DNA from: a virus
Lineage: Duplodnaviria > Heunggongvirae > Uroviricota > Caudoviricetes
DNA: 37,428 nucleotides
IMG/VR virus record: IMGVR_UViG_2651869749_000010
Location: 1 to 37,428 of that record
Direction: 5' to 3' (one strand)
Part shown: piece after piece, positions 17,407 to 27,304 of the stretch
How positions within the stretch are numbered: position 1 is the stretch's first letter
How the letters are laid out: the number at the start of each line of letters is the position of its first letter
Program-made: the position numbers and the translations under genes
The notes under the pieces: model-generated
Seen by the model: the letters and a program-made list of their open reading frames with translations, nothing else
Databases searched by the model: none
What the model was told of the DNA's origin: nothing

Positions 17407-17730
17407 GTGAGCACCATTCAAACAGGGATCACAGAGCAGGTTATTGCGTGGCTCTTTGACCACCTGCCAACGGTGTATGCAGTAGGCGCGGCTGTCAGCA
17501 TTTCCGCGCTGATGAGTCTTTATGACGGACGAACACTGGTTCAGACCGTAACGGGATCGCTGGCGTGCGGCGTTCTTGCCATGGCCGTGGCCGGGTCGCT
17601 GCGCTTCTTCGGGATCCCTGAGGATGCAGTGACGTTTTTTGGTGCCTCAATCGGTTTTATGGGCGCAGAGAAAGCACGCGACAAGGTTATTGCAATATTT
17701 GATCGCAGGGTGAAGGAGAGGAACGAATGA
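17407..17730 (+). CDS. Y: Holin (P2 gpY-like)
   Basis: GTG start 3 nt after X stop; two hydrophobic segments; FIGFMG-type motif; precedes endolysin. Confidence 0.6.
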   Translation: MSTIQTGITEQVIAWLFDHLPTVYAVGAAVSISALMSLYDGRTLVQTVTGSLACGVLAMAVAGSLRFFGIPEDAVTFFGASIGFMGAEKARDKVIAIFDRRVKERNE

Positions 17731-18119
17731 GCAACACATTTAAATTCAGCAGCCGAAGCGAAAAGAATTTGCAGGGTGTAAATCCTGATCTGGTGAAAGT
17801 GACCCGACGGGCGCTGGAAATCTCGGAAGTGGATTTTGGTATCACCGAAGGATTGCGCAGTCGTTATCGTCAGAAGCAGCTCGTGACCACAGGCAAGAGC
17901 CAGACCATGAACAGTCGCCATCTCACAGGGCATGCCGTGGATGTTGTGGCTTATGTTGGCAGCCAGGTGTCATGGGAATGGCCGCTGTACGAAAAAATCG
18001 CAGCAGCATTCAGACAGGCCAGCCAGGAACTGAATATTCCGGTGGAATGGGGCGGCGACTGGAAGACCCTGAAAGACGGACCGCATTTTCAGTTACCACA
18101 CGGAGCCTATCCGGCATGA
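17727..18119 (+). CDS. Endolysin, peptidase M15-type L-alanyl-D-glutamate endopeptidase
   Basis: 130-aa ORF with SRHL...GHAVDV zinc-binding-type motifs; position in lysis cassette. Confidence 0.75.
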   Translation: MSNTFKFSSRSEKNLQGVNPDLVKVTRRALEISEVDFGITEGLRSRYRQKQLVTTGKSQTMNSRHLTGHAVDVVAYVGSQVSWEWPLYEKIAAAFRQASQELNIPVEWGGDWKTLKDGPHFQLPHGAYPA

Positions 18120-18511
18120 AGCTCTGGCCCACGCTTGGCGTCGCTTTCCTTCTGATTACATCCATGCGTCTGTCGTGGTCGCTGGGCCGGGAGAACGCCA
18201 GAAACGAAGCGCAGGCCAGCACCCTGAAAAGTACCGTCGACACACTGAATATCATCAGCGCCGGGGTACAGGATATGCAGCAGGTGCTGGCTCAGCTCCG
18301 CGCGGAAAATCAGCAACGCAATCAGGACGGAGAGGTAAGACGTGAACAGCTACGCAACGATATTGCAAAAGATGAATGCGCCCACGCTTTGCCTGACGCT
18401 CGTTTTACTGACAGGTTGCGCAGGCACGCAGAACGCGCCAGGGCCAGCGCCGTCAGTCCGGCTTATACCGCAGACGCTGACCATGCCGGTAACGCCTCCC
18501 CCCTTCCCTGA
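18116..18511 (+). CDS. i-spanin (LysB/Rz-like)
   Basis: ATG 18116 overlapping endolysin stop; N-terminal TM segment then charged coiled-coil-like region. Confidence 0.6.
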   Translation: MKLWPTLGVAFLLITSMRLSWSLGRENARNEAQASTLKSTVDTLNIISAGVQDMQQVLAQLRAENQQRNQDGEVRREQLRNDIAKDECAHALPDARFTDRLRRHAERARASAVSPAYTADADHAGNASPLP

Positions 18512-18653
18512 CCCACCCACATGGGGAAACCTCGGAATATGGGGCGACCGCCTTCTGGATGCACTGGAAACCTGTAACGCGGATAAACGGGCCATTGCTG
18601 AACTGGATAAGAGAATAGCCGAACTGACACACCAGACGGGAGTAACACAATGA
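18342..18653 (+). CDS. o-spanin lipoprotein (LysC/Rz1-like), embedded in and overlapping the i-spanin gene
   Basis: Lipobox LLTGC after a short hydrophobic stretch, proline-rich mature part; alternative start ATG 18372. Confidence 0.6.
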   Translation: MNSYATILQKMNAPTLCLTLVLLTGCAGTQNAPGPAPSVRLIPQTLTMPVTPPPFPDPPTWGNLGIWGDRLLDALETCNADKRAIAELDKRIAELTHQTGVTQ

Positions 18654-20530
18654 CCAGTAAGAACTTTGCACTGATTACAGCCATGACACAGGCTGAACTG
18701 ACTCAAAAGGTGAATGAACATCTTGCGAAAGGGTGGCATCTTCAGGGGGAGACGCGGGTTGCCTACGAACCCGGCACCCCGTGGTATCTAATGCAGGCAA
18801 TGGTGGACGATGGCACTACAGACATCTCACCTGATTCCCCCCAGCACGGCAGCGTGCCGGAGTGGTATTACGTGGTGGTACTTGCTGGTCAATCCAATGC
18901 CATGTCATATGGTGATGGAATGCCGCTGCCGGATTCTTACGATGCGCCCCACCCACGCATTAAGCAACTGGCCCGTCGCAACACAGTGACTCCCGGTGGT
19001 AAAGCATGCGCATTTAACGACATCATTCCGGCAGACCACTGCCTGCATGATGTTCAGGATATGAGCGCACTGAATCATCCGAAGGCAGACCTGAGCAAAG
19101 GGCAGTACGGCTGTGTCGGCCAGGGCTTACATATTGCCAAAAAACTGCTCCCGTATATCCCGAATAACGCGGGGATCCTGCTGGTACCATGCTGTCGTGG
19201 TGGTTCGGCATTCACTCAGGGCGCGGAGGGAACATTCAGTACGACCACGGGGGCCAGCCAGGATTCGGCGCGCTGGGGTGTGGGTAAACCGTTATATCAG
19301 GACCTGATTGCGCGCACCAAAGCTGCATTACAGAAGAACCCGAAAAATGTGTTGCTGGCGGTGTGCTGGATGCAGGGCGAATTTGACATGAGCGCTGCCA
19401 CCTACGCACAGCAACCGGACCTGTTCACGGCCATGCTGAAGCAGTTCCGTACTGACCTTTCCGGATTTAACGCGCAGTGCCATGGCGGCAGTGCTGCAGT
19501 TGTACCGTGGATTTGTGGCGACACGACGTATTACTGGAAAAACACATACGGCACACAGTATGACTCCGTCTACGGCGCGTACAAAAACAGGGAGAGCGAC
19601 AACGTTTTCTTTGTGCCGTTCATGACCGACGGTAACGGCAACAACACGCCCACCAACTTACCGGCAGAAGACCCGGATATTGCTGATGCAGGTTATTACG
19701 GCGCGCAATCCCGTAGTAATGGTAATTGGGTATCGTCAAATCGTCCGACACATTTCAGTTCATGGGCGCGCAGGGGCATTATTTCGGATCGCCTGGCAAC
19801 CGCTATTCTGAACGCAGTTGGTCGAACCAGCGCCTTCATCAGCGGTACCGCACCGGAGATTAAACCCTCGCCCGGCGGCGACACTCCATCGGGGCCGTCT
19901 GATGGTGACACATCCGTTCGTACAGTCTCCCTGCTGCCGACAGCCGGAGAGGCTGCTGCGCAGGGCTGGACCATCACCGGCGGCAGTGTTGCGCTGGAAG
20001 ATGGTGTGTTTAAGGTTACCAAGCAGAGCAATAAAACCTGGTCCCTGATGCATCCGGTGGATGACGCAGTCTCCCTGCTGACACGGGGTGGCAGACTGAG
20101 CTGTAAGTTTCGACTGTCAGGCGCACTGACCAACAACCAGTTCGGTCTGGGAATTTATCTGTATACCGATGTAGCGTTACCTGACGTCGTGGCGATGACC
20201 GGGACTGGTAACCCGTTCCTGATGTCGTTCTTCACCCAGACCACAGACGGCAAACTGAATCTGATGCATCACAAGAAAGCCGGAAACACAAAGTTGGGCG
20301 AGTTCGGGAATTACAGTAACGACTGGCAGACGCTGGAGCTGGTGTTCACCGCCGGCAGTGCCACGGTTACTCCGAAACTGAATGGAGTGGCTGGCCCGGC
20401 ATTCCAGGTCATAAAAGACAGTCTGACACTGGGGCTGAATGCGCTGACGTTAACTGATATCACTAAAAATGCCGCGTACGGCGTCGATATCGGCAGCCTG
20501 GTGCTGGAAATCAATAATCCCGCAGCATAA
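18650..20530 (+). CDS. SGNH/SASA-family sialate O-acetylesterase-like protein (NanS-p-like) with N-terminal DUF1737-like domain
   Basis: 626-aa ORF; N-terminus KNFALITAMTQAELTQKVNEHLAKGWHLQGE; esterase signature VVVLAGQSNAMSYGDG (GQSN block, nt ~18886-18903); inserted between lysis genes and tail completion gene. Confidence 0.65.
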   Translation: MTSKNFALITAMTQAELTQKVNEHLAKGWHLQGETRVAYEPGTPWYLMQAMVDDGTTDISPDSPQHGSVPEWYYVVVLAGQSNAMSYGDGMPLPDSYDAPHPRIKQLARRNTVTPGGKACAFNDIIPADHCLHDVQDMSALNHPKADLSKGQYGCVGQGLHIAKKLLPYIPNNAGILLVPCCRGGSAFTQGAEGTFSTTTGASQDSARWGVGKPLYQDLIARTKAALQKNPKNVLLAVCWMQGEFDMSAATYAQQPDLFTAMLKQFRTDLSGFNAQCHGGSAAVVPWICGDTTYYWKNTYGTQYDSVYGAYKNRESDNVFFVPFMTDGNGNNTPTNLPAEDPDIADAGYYGAQSRSNGNWVSSNRPTHFSSWARRGIISDRLATAILNAVGRTSAFISGTAPEIKPSPGGDTPSGPSDGDTSVRTVSLLPTAGEAAAQGWTITGGSVALEDGVFKVTKQSNKTWSLMHPVDDAVSLLTRGGRLSCKFRLSGALTNNQFGLGIYLYTDVALPDVVAMTGTGNPFLMSFFTQTTDGKLNLMHHKKAGNTKLGEFGNYSNDWQTLELVFTAGSATVTPKLNGVAGPAFQVIKDSLTLGLNALTLTDITKNAAYGVDIGSLVLEINNPAA

Positions 20531-20553
20531 GGAAGAGCAGGAGAGCAAAACAG

Positions 20554-21021
20554 ATGCTTAAGACAAACAGTCTGCGAGAGTCCATGCTTCATGGGTGTCG
20601 GTGGTGCCAGGCTAATCCCGAGAAATTCACCATTTTCGTGGAGAGCGGCAACATTGAAACGACCGGAGAAGCGCCCTCGTTTGTTTACCGCTATCAGATG
20701 GTGATGTTTGTCATGGATTACGCCGGAGAGCTGGACGACCTCACGCTGCCGCTGCTGGCGTGGTTATCCGAAAATCAGCCACAGTTGTTGCTCAATCCGG
20801 AGCGTAATCAGGACATCAAATTTTCTGCCGTTATCAATGACGATGACAGCGCCGATCTCCTGTTTACGCTCCCCCTGCGGGAACGCGTTCGCATCACGCG
20901 CAACAGTCAGGGCACACCGCAGGCAGAACACCTGCCGGAGCCAAAACCCCGTCTGCCCTCTTCCGAAGGCGACTGGTCGCATGTATTCCAGGATGTGACG
21001 TGGGGTGAAAGCGATGGATAA
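20554..21021 (+). CDS. R: Tail completion protein (P2 gpR-like)
   Basis: 155-aa ORF, size identical to P2 R, position. Confidence 0.7.
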   Translation: MLKTNSLRESMLHGCRWCQANPEKFTIFVESGNIETTGEAPSFVYRYQMVMFVMDYAGELDDLTLPLLAWLSENQPQLLLNPERNQDIKFSAVINDDDSADLLFTLPLRERVRITRNSQGTPQAEHLPEPKPRLPSSEGDWSHVFQDVTWGESDG

Positions 21022-21649
21022 GGCATTCACCAGCGTGGATGAAACCTTTGAGGCTATCCGCGACAGCCTGAATCAGCAGGCCATCAATAACATCGCCAGA
21101 AAGCTGGCACAGGATTTACGTCGCGCCCAGCAGGCACGTATCCGATCACAAAAAGCGCCGGACGGGACCGAATGGACACCACGCAGACGCCGCGTAACCC
21201 GGATACAGGAGCGCATTCGCTTTATCTGGAATAACGAAGCACGCACGCTGAAAAACTGGCATCACGACACGGGGAAATACGGGCGAACCATTACCGGGTG
21301 GGATGAGGATAAAAACAATATCCGCACGTTTTACCGGGATGACATCGACCGTTTTCTGGAAATACGCACCCGGCGCATCAACCAGGACAGCACAAAGCGC
21401 GTCCCCATGTTCGTAAAACTGCGCACCGCCCGCTACCTGAAAGCCCGTGCAGATGCCTCCGGTGTGACGGTGGGTTACAGCGGCGTGGCCGCACGTATTG
21501 CACGCGTTCATCAGTTCGGTGAGCGCGATCAGGTTGCGCCGGGCATTTTCACCGATTACCCGGTACGTGAGCTGTTGGGTATCAGCCAGGCAGATGAGCG
21601 CCTGATTTATAACACGGTGCTGGGCCGGATTGCGGAGGCTGTACGGTGA
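21014..21649 (+). CDS. S: Virion morphogenesis/tail completion protein (P2 gpS-like)
   Basis: Frame 21005..21649, ATG 21014; position between R and V. Confidence 0.65.
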   Translation: MDKAFTSVDETFEAIRDSLNQQAINNIARKLAQDLRRAQQARIRSQKAPDGTEWTPRRRRVTRIQERIRFIWNNEARTLKNWHHDTGKYGRTITGWDEDKNNIRTFYRDDIDRFLEIRTRRINQDSTKRVPMFVKLRTARYLKARADASGVTVGYSGVAARIARVHQFGERDQVAPGIFTDYPVRELLGISQADERLIYNTVLGRIAEAVR

Positions 21650-22227
21650 GCGCAGAACTCATGCGACTGCTGAGCAACATCATCCGCACCGGGATCATCT
21701 CTGAAGTTGATGAGAAGTCCTGGCGCGTGCGCGTTCGCAGCGGCGAACTGGAAACAGGCTGGTTGCGCTGGAACACCACGCGCGCGGGAGCCTTCAATGT
21801 GTGGCTGCCGCCATCACCAGGCGAACAGGTGGTAATTGCCTGCATTGGCGGCAACCCGGAAACCGCCATGATAATTGGCAGCCTGTGGAGTGATGCCAGT
21901 CCGGCCCCCGGCAAAAGCCTGAAAGAAATCGTGGTCAGCGCGCCGGATGGCGCGGTGTTCCGCTACGACGCAGACGCTGGCGCACTGAGCGCCAGCGGCA
22001 TGAAAACAGCCACCCTGCAGGCATCCGTCAGCGTGACACTGGATACGCCCGTCGTGGAATGCACAAACCTTCTGAGAACAGCGACGCTTGACGTCACAAA
22101 AGGGGGAAAGATGAGCGGCAATATCACGCACAGCGGCGGCAACTTCACCTCAAACGGCATCACAGTGCATACGCATAAACACGGTGGTGTGAAAGGCGGC
22201 AGCGATTCGACAGGAGGCCCGCAGTGA
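21646..22227 (+). CDS. V: Baseplate spike protein (P2 gpV-like)
   Basis: Segments IRTGIISEVD, VVIACIGG, C-terminal HTHKHGG parallel recalled P2 gpV; start ambiguous (GTG 21646 or ATG 21661). Confidence 0.8.
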   Translation: MSAELMRLLSNIIRTGIISEVDEKSWRVRVRSGELETGWLRWNTTRAGAFNVWLPPSPGEQVVIACIGGNPETAMIIGSLWSDASPAPGKSLKEIVVSAPDGAVFRYDADAGALSASGMKTATLQASVSVTLDTPVVECTNLLRTATLDVTKGGKMSGNITHSGGNFTSNGITVHTHKHGGVKGGSDSTGGPQ

Positions 22228-22574
22228 CAACCCGCTACACAGGAATGAATCCGGACGGGACGGGAAACCTGAATGATATGGAGCACCTGAAACAGTCAGC
22301 CAGGGACATCCTGACCACCCCGCTGGCCAGCCGGGTTATGCGACGGGAATATGGCAGCCTTGTACCTGATTTGATTGACGAACCCATGAATAACACCACG
22401 CGTCTGCAATGCATGAGTGCTGCCGTGATTGCGCTGACACGATGGGAACCCCGCATTGCCCTGGACGCCATCGACGTTGTCTGGAAAGCGGGAGGCCGCG
22501 CCGGGGTGACGCTGTCGGGCACTGTCATGCAGACCATGCAGAATGTTGAGTTAACCATCACGCTGAGGGAGTAA
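22224..22574 (+). CDS. W: Baseplate protein W (gp25/GPW family)
   Basis: 116-aa ORF overlapping V stop; size and position. Confidence 0.8.
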   Translation: MTTRYTGMNPDGTGNLNDMEHLKQSARDILTTPLASRVMRREYGSLVPDLIDEPMNNTTRLQCMSAAVIALTRWEPRIALDAIDVVWKAGGRAGVTLSGTVMQTMQNVELTITLRE

Positions 22575-22577
22575 ATC

Positions 22578-23474
22578 ATGCCTGCTGTTGACCTTTCCCA
22601 GTTACCGGAACCCGCCATCATCGCGAAGCCTGATTTTGAGGCAATTCTGGCTGACACAAAGGCCATGATGATTGCGTCCTATCCTGCCGAACAGCGTGAA
22701 GCCGTCTCCGCCGCGCTGGAGCTGGAATCGGAACCCCTGAACGTTATCGCCCAGACAACAGCGTTTCGTGAAATGCTGTTACGCCAGCGGGTCAATGAGG
22801 GTGCACGCGCCTGCATGTTAAGCCACAGCGCCGGGACAGACCTGGACAACCTCGCGGGCAATATGAACACAAAGCGCCTGGTTATCACTCCGGCAACGGA
22901 TACCACCGACGCGGTGATGGAAAGCGACACATCGCTGAGACTGCGGGCGCAACGGGCGTATGACGGTCTGAGTGTTGCTGGCCCGTCAGGCGCATACGAG
23001 TATTTTGCACGCAGCGCCAGCGGTCTGGTACGCGACGCGCGAGCCATCAGCCCGTCTCCGGCCAACGTGACGGTTTCCATCCTGTCCACTGAAGGCGACG
23101 GCACAGCAACGGAGGCGTTGCTTAATACCGTTCGCGCCGTTCTGAATGCAGAGGATACCCGCCCGGTGGCCGACCGCCTGACCGTACAGAGCGCCAGAAT
23201 CGTGACATGGCGGCTGAATGCAAAACTGTACTTTTACCCCGGCCCGGAATCCGAACCTATTCTGGCCGCGGCTGAATCGTCGTTCAGGAAGTGGCTGGCT
23301 GAGCAGGGGCTTATCGGTCAGGACGTGGCGTTGTCCGCCATTGCTGCCGCACTGCATGTGCACGGTGTGCAACGCGTGGAGATAATCGAACCCACACAGA
23401 ATATGGCCATCAGCGACATACAGGCGGCGCGCTGTGAGTCATTCACCATCAGCGAAGGTGGACGCAATGAGTAA
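22578..23474 (+). CDS. J: Baseplate protein J
   Basis: 298-aa ORF; size and position. Confidence 0.8.
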   Translation: MPAVDLSQLPEPAIIAKPDFEAILADTKAMMIASYPAEQREAVSAALELESEPLNVIAQTTAFREMLLRQRVNEGARACMLSHSAGTDLDNLAGNMNTKRLVITPATDTTDAVMESDTSLRLRAQRAYDGLSVAGPSGAYEYFARSASGLVRDARAISPSPANVTVSILSTEGDGTATEALLNTVRAVLNAEDTRPVADRLTVQSARIVTWRLNAKLYFYPGPESEPILAAAESSFRKWLAEQGLIGQDVALSAIAAALHVHGVQRVEIIEPTQNMAISDIQAARCESFTISEGGRNE

Positions 23475-24075
23475 TTCGTTGTTACCACCATCAGCCAGCA
23501 ATTTCATGCGTTGTGCCGAAGCCGTCGGAACACGCATTACAGACATTCCGGTAGACCTCAACACGCTGTGGTCGCCGGACACCTGCCCGGTGCATCTGCT
23601 GCCTTATCTCGCCTGGGCGTTTTCCGTTGACCGCTGGGATCGCAACTGGCCGGAAGAGACAAAGCGACAGGTGATTCGTGATGCATGGCTGATACACCGA
23701 CACAAAGGGACCATCAGCGCACTGCGAAGAGCCGTGGAGCCTCTCGGCTACCTGATTGAAGTAAAGGAGTGGTGGCAACTCAACGAGGAGCCGGGAACAT
23801 TTCGCATTGTTGTCGGAGTACTTGATCAGGGCATCACCGATGAAATGTATCAGGAACTTGAGCGCCTTATTGCGGATGCAAAACCAGTAAGTCGCCATCT
23901 GACGGGGCTGGCGATCAGCCTGAGTGTGAACGGAAAGATTTTCGTTGGTACGGGATGCTATCACGGCGATGCCCTGACGGTTTATCCCTACACCCCGGAG
24001 TCCATTATTGTCGAAGGGGATTATTTCCCTGCCCCGGCCATTCATTTAATTGATAATCTGAGAGTAAACGCATGA
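23467..24075 (+). CDS. I: Baseplate/tail protein I
   Basis: Frame 23434..24075, ATG 23467 overlapping J stop. Confidence 0.75.
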   Translation: MSNSLLPPSASNFMRCAEAVGTRITDIPVDLNTLWSPDTCPVHLLPYLAWAFSVDRWDRNWPEETKRQVIRDAWLIHRHKGTISALRRAVEPLGYLIEVKEWWQLNEEPGTFRIVVGVLDQGITDEMYQELERLIADAKPVSRHLTGLAISLSVNGKIFVGTGCYHGDALTVYPYTPESIIVEGDYFPAPAIHLIDNLRVNA

Positions 24076-25628
24076 CAGTGAAATACTACGCCATTCTGAC
24101 TAATCAGGGCGCGGCACGACTGGCTAACGCGACGATGCTCGGCAGTAAGCTGAATCTGACGCGAATGGCCGTTGGTGATGCAAATGGTGTGTTACCAACA
24201 CCAGACCCTGCACAAACAAAACTGATTAACCAGAAACGCATTGCACCGCTGAATCTTCTGAGTGTTGACCCTAACAATCAGAGCCAGATTATTGCGGAGC
24301 AAATCATCCCTGAAAGCGAGGGTGGATTCTGGATCCGTGAGATTGGTCTTTATGATGATAAAGGTGTACTCATTGCGGTGGCAAACTGCCCGGAAACGTA
24401 CAAACCGCAGTTGCAGGAAGGCAGTGGACGCACCCAGACTATCCGCATGATTCTGGTTGTCACGAACACCGAAGCCATCACGCTGAAAATCGACCCGTCT
24501 GTGGTTCTGGCAACCCGCAAATATGTGGATGATAAAATCTCAAAGCACGAGCAGTCACGACGTCACCCGGACGCCTCGCTGACCGCAAAAGGCTTTGTTC
24601 AACTTAGCAGTGCCACGGACAGTCAATCAGAAACTGAGGCTGCCACGCCGAAGGCTGTGAAAATCGCGTATGATCTGGCCTGGGGAAAATACACAGCCCA
24701 GGATGCAACAACGACCCGTAAAGGGATCGTACAACTGAGCAGTGCCACCAACAGCACCTCTGAAACGCTGGCCGCCACACCAAAAGCCGTCAAGGCGGCA
24801 TACGACCTTGCAGCCGGCAAGGCCCCCGTCAGCCACACTCACCCATGGAGTCAGATAACGGGAGTGCCTGCTGCCTCGCTGACGGCAAAAGGCACCGTAC
24901 AACTGAGCAGTGCCATCAACAGCACGTCTGAAATACTGGCCGCCACACCGAAAGCGGTCAAGGATGCATACGATCTGGCAAACGGAAAACAACCGGCAGA
25001 TGCCACGCTCACTGCTCTGGCAGGACTTGCCACTGCAGCAGATCGGTTGCCTTATTTTACCGGAGCAGACCGCGCAGCGCTGGCAACCCTTACAGCTATT
25101 GGTCGCGCTATTATCGCTAAGGGCAGTATAAAAGATGTCCTCAATTACCTTGGTTTGGGGGAAGGCTCTGCATTGCCTGTTGGTGTACCGGTTCCATGGC
25201 CCACCGCCACACCGCCAGCAGGCTGGTTACAGTGCAACGGAGCTACGTTCACCAAAGAACAATATCCTGTTCTGGCCAGAGTCTACCCGACCCTCCGTCT
25301 TCCCGATTTACGCGGTGAGTTTATCCGTGGATGGGACGACGGGCGCAAGATTGACGAGGGGCGTAAGTTGCTTTCATGGCAGAAAGGTACACTGGTCGGC
25401 GGTCATGACGATAACGATTCTGCGCTTGATATCTCGTACATGAGTAACGGAAATAATATTGACTATGGCGGCGATAAGGTGTTTGCGGGGAATTACCGTA
25501 GCGATTATTTGTGGTACGCAATACTGGGTGGAACAAACAGTCGCGCAAAAGCCGAATTAAACGGAGCATTCTTTAACATAACCCGCCCCCGCAATATCGC
25601 GTTTAACTATATCGTGAGGGCGGCGTGA
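24072..25628 (+). CDS. H: Tail fibre protein H (constant N-terminal part plus currently joined variable C-terminal cassette)
   Basis: 518-aa ORF with three internal tandem repeats and C-terminal RPRNIAFNYIVRAA shared with two silent cassettes. Confidence 0.85.
   Translation: MTVKYYAILTNQGAARLANATMLGSKLNLTRMAVGDANGVLPTPDPAQTKLINQKRIAPLNLLSVDPNNQSQIIAEQIIPESEGGFWIREIGLYDDKGVLIAVANCPETYKPQLQEGSGRTQTIRMILVVTNTEAITLKIDPSVVLATRKYVDDKISKHEQSRRHPDASLTAKGFVQLSSATDSQSETEAATPKAVKIAYDLAWGKYTAQDATTTRKGIVQLSSATNSTSETLAATPKAVKAAYDLAAGKAPVSHTHPWSQITGVPAASLTAKGTVQLSSAINSTSEILAATPKAVKDAYDLANGKQPADATLTALAGLATAADRLPYFTGADRAALATLTAIGRAIIAKGSIKDVLNYLGLGEGSALPVGVPVPWPTATPPAGWLQCNGATFTKEQYPVLARVYPTLRLPDLRGEFIRGWDDGRKIDEGRKLLSWQKGTLVGGHDDNDSALDISYMSNGNNIDYGGDKVFAGNYRSDYLWYAILGGTNSRAKAELNGAFFNITRPRNIAFNYIVRAA
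24569..24990 (+). repeat. Three tandem ~40-aa coding repeats inside the tail fibre gene
   Basis: SLTAKG.VQLSSA..S.SE..AATPKAVK.AYDLA.GK repeated three times. Confidence 0.7.
25141..25168 (+). other. Invertase crossover site 1 (boundary of constant and variable tail-fibre segments)
   Basis: Homology with the two inverted cassettes begins exactly at TTGGTTTGGGGG (25150-25161). Confidence 0.55.
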
Positions 25629-25634
25629 TACCGT

Positions 25635-26249
25635 TCAACTGGCAAGTGCCAGTGGCGCTTCCGGCCAGCTGATTTCAGGTGCCGTGCTGATATCCAGTGC
25701 GTTCAGCTCGTCGATATAATCCAGCACGGCGTTCAGTTTTGCCGTTTCTTCTGGTGTCAGACTGCGACCAGCACGCAGTTTGAGGTTGATAAGATCGACG
25801 GACGCCATCGCCTGTTTCACCCGTTGCTGGCGTTGCTGTCTGGCAACCTCCAGTTCTGCGGCTCGCTGCCGTTCAGTATCGGTTACCCACGCCTCACCGT
25901 TCCAGGTATCCCATGGCGTGGCTGGCTGTTTTGTGGTGGTGTCCGCCGGGTAATCACCCGGTTGGGTAATCAGAACAGGGTTACCGTTCTCCGTGCTGTA
26001 TACCGTCTCGCCGCGGTGATCAGGCACATGCTCCCACCCGTTCAGCGTGGCAGTCCGGCAAACCACGTAACCCGAAATTGCCTCCGGCGGTGCATCGGCG
26101 CACGAATGTGCCGGAGTACCCACCCCAAGGGCGAGATACTCCACAGAGGATGAGGTGTATTCCCGGGTTTCCTCGTCATAGTGATATACAGTGATATCGC
26201 CCGCTACAGTGGCGATACCGTTTTCATCCAGAACTGCAGTGTTACTCAT
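25635..26249 (-). CDS. Tail fibre assembly chaperone (gpG/Tfa-like)
   Basis: 204-aa ORF immediately downstream (same strand) of silent fibre cassette; typical size and position. Confidence 0.75.
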   Translation of the reverse strand: MSNTAVLDENGIATVAGDITVYHYDEETREYTSSSVEYLALGVGTPAHSCADAPPEAISGYVVCRTATLNGWEHVPDHRGETVYSTENGNPVLITQPGDYPADTTTKQPATPWDTWNGEAWVTDTERQRAAELEVARQQRQQRVKQAMASVDLINLKLRAGRSLTPEETAKLNAVLDYIDELNALDISTAPEISWPEAPLALAS

Positions 26250-26761
26250 TAAACTGCCCTCACAATGTAATTAAGTGCAATGCTACGGGGTCTGACAGTG
26301 ATACCCTTCGCATACCCGCTTCTGATAGAGGTCAGAATAGTAGCCTGCATACCATTGTCTGACATTGCCACGACAGGATCGCTGAATGTTGTCCCGTCCG
26401 GCATTTTAAAGCTGCCCTCACGAAGGTCTGTAATGGAATCTTCATTGTTGAATCCCATGCCGACTATCCCCGAGGTTCCCGTAGTGTCCTGGTTATAATA
26501 ATCCAGCATTGCTGTTCTTAACAGCGTTGCCCCTTGTGCGGACAGCAACTTACGTCCTGTATCAACTTTGCGCCCGTCGTCCCATCCACGGATAAACTCA
26601 CCGCGTAAATCGGGAAGACGGAGGGTCGGGTAGGCTCTGGCCAGAACAGGATATTGTTCTTTTGTAAAGGCGCGCCCGTCGCACTTTAACCAGCCTTCTG
26701 GCGGTGTGGCGGTGGGCCACGGAACCGGTACACCAACAGGCAATGCAGAGCCTTCCCCCAA
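26249..26761 (-). CDS. Silent alternative tail-fibre C-terminal cassette 1 (promoterless; expressed only after inversion)
   Basis: Begins with GEGSALPVGVPVPWPTATPPEGW shared with H and ends NYIVRAV; inverted orientation. Confidence 0.7.
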   Translation of the reverse strand: MGEGSALPVGVPVPWPTATPPEGWLKCDGRAFTKEQYPVLARAYPTLRLPDLRGEFIRGWDDGRKVDTGRKLLSAQGATLLRTAMLDYYNQDTTGTSGIVGMGFNNEDSITDLREGSFKMPDGTTFSDPVVAMSDNGMQATILTSIRSGYAKGITVRPRSIALNYIVRAV

Positions 26762-26780
26762 ACCAACGTTTTTATGCCGC
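26750..26780 (-). other. Invertase crossover site 2
   Basis: CCCCCAAACCAACGTTTTTAT; AAACCAA-GTTTTT resembles hix/gix half-site consensus from memory. Confidence 0.5.
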
Positions 26781-27245
26781 CCTTACGATATAATTAAAGG
26801 CAATATTACGAGGACGGTTTTCATTAGCTGTTGGCACGACACGAGAGGCGTCGAATCCAAGGTCATCGGTTTTGTCTATAGTAGTTGTGTTATTCGGCAT
26901 TCTCGCTGATCGTGTTCCTGCATCGTAAAAAGCCCCTCTGATTGCATCAAAAGACATACCGATCCCGCCATCTGCGAATCCCTCAATATTTCTTATTGCA
27001 TCCCCCTGTGAAGATAATAATTGTCGCCCGGCATCCACACCACGTCCGTCATCCCAGCCACGAATAAATTCACCGCGTAAATCGGGAAGACGGAGGGTCG
27101 GGTAGGCTCTGGCCAGAACAGGATATTGTTCTTTTGTAAAGGCGCGCCCGTCGCACTTTAACCAGCCTTCTGGCGGTGTGGCGGTGGGCCACGGAACCGG
27201 TACACCAACAGGCAATGCAGAGCCTTCCCCCAAACCAACGTTTTC
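26772..27245 (-). CDS. Silent alternative tail-fibre C-terminal cassette 2
   Basis: Shares LGEGSALPVG...RGEFIRGWDDGR and C-terminal RPRNIAFNYIVRAA; ORF-track start upstream of the crossover site is artefactual. Confidence 0.65.
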   Translation of the reverse strand, partial: ENVGLGEGSALPVGVPVPWPTATPPEGWLKCDGRAFTKEQYPVLARAYPTLRLPDLRGEFIRGWDDGRGVDAGRQLLSSQGDAIRNIEGFADGGIGMSFDAIRGAFYDAGTRSARMPNNTTTIDKTDDLGFDASRVVPTANENRPRNIAFNYIVRAA

Positions 27246-27252
27246 GTTTTTA
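27222..27252 (-). other. Invertase crossover site 3
   Basis: CCCCCAAACCAACGTTTTCGTTTTTAT; ~173-bp near-identical direct repeat with site-2 region. Confidence 0.5.
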
Positions 27253-27304
27253 TCCCTACCTATACCAACTCTGTATTTTTCACGAAACAAAGAGGATGTT
27301 TTTT

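Noticed and set aside
24623-25033. Minus-strand ORFs with internally repeated peptides inside the tail fibre gene
   Set aside because: Mirror image of the three tandem coding repeats of H on the plus strand.
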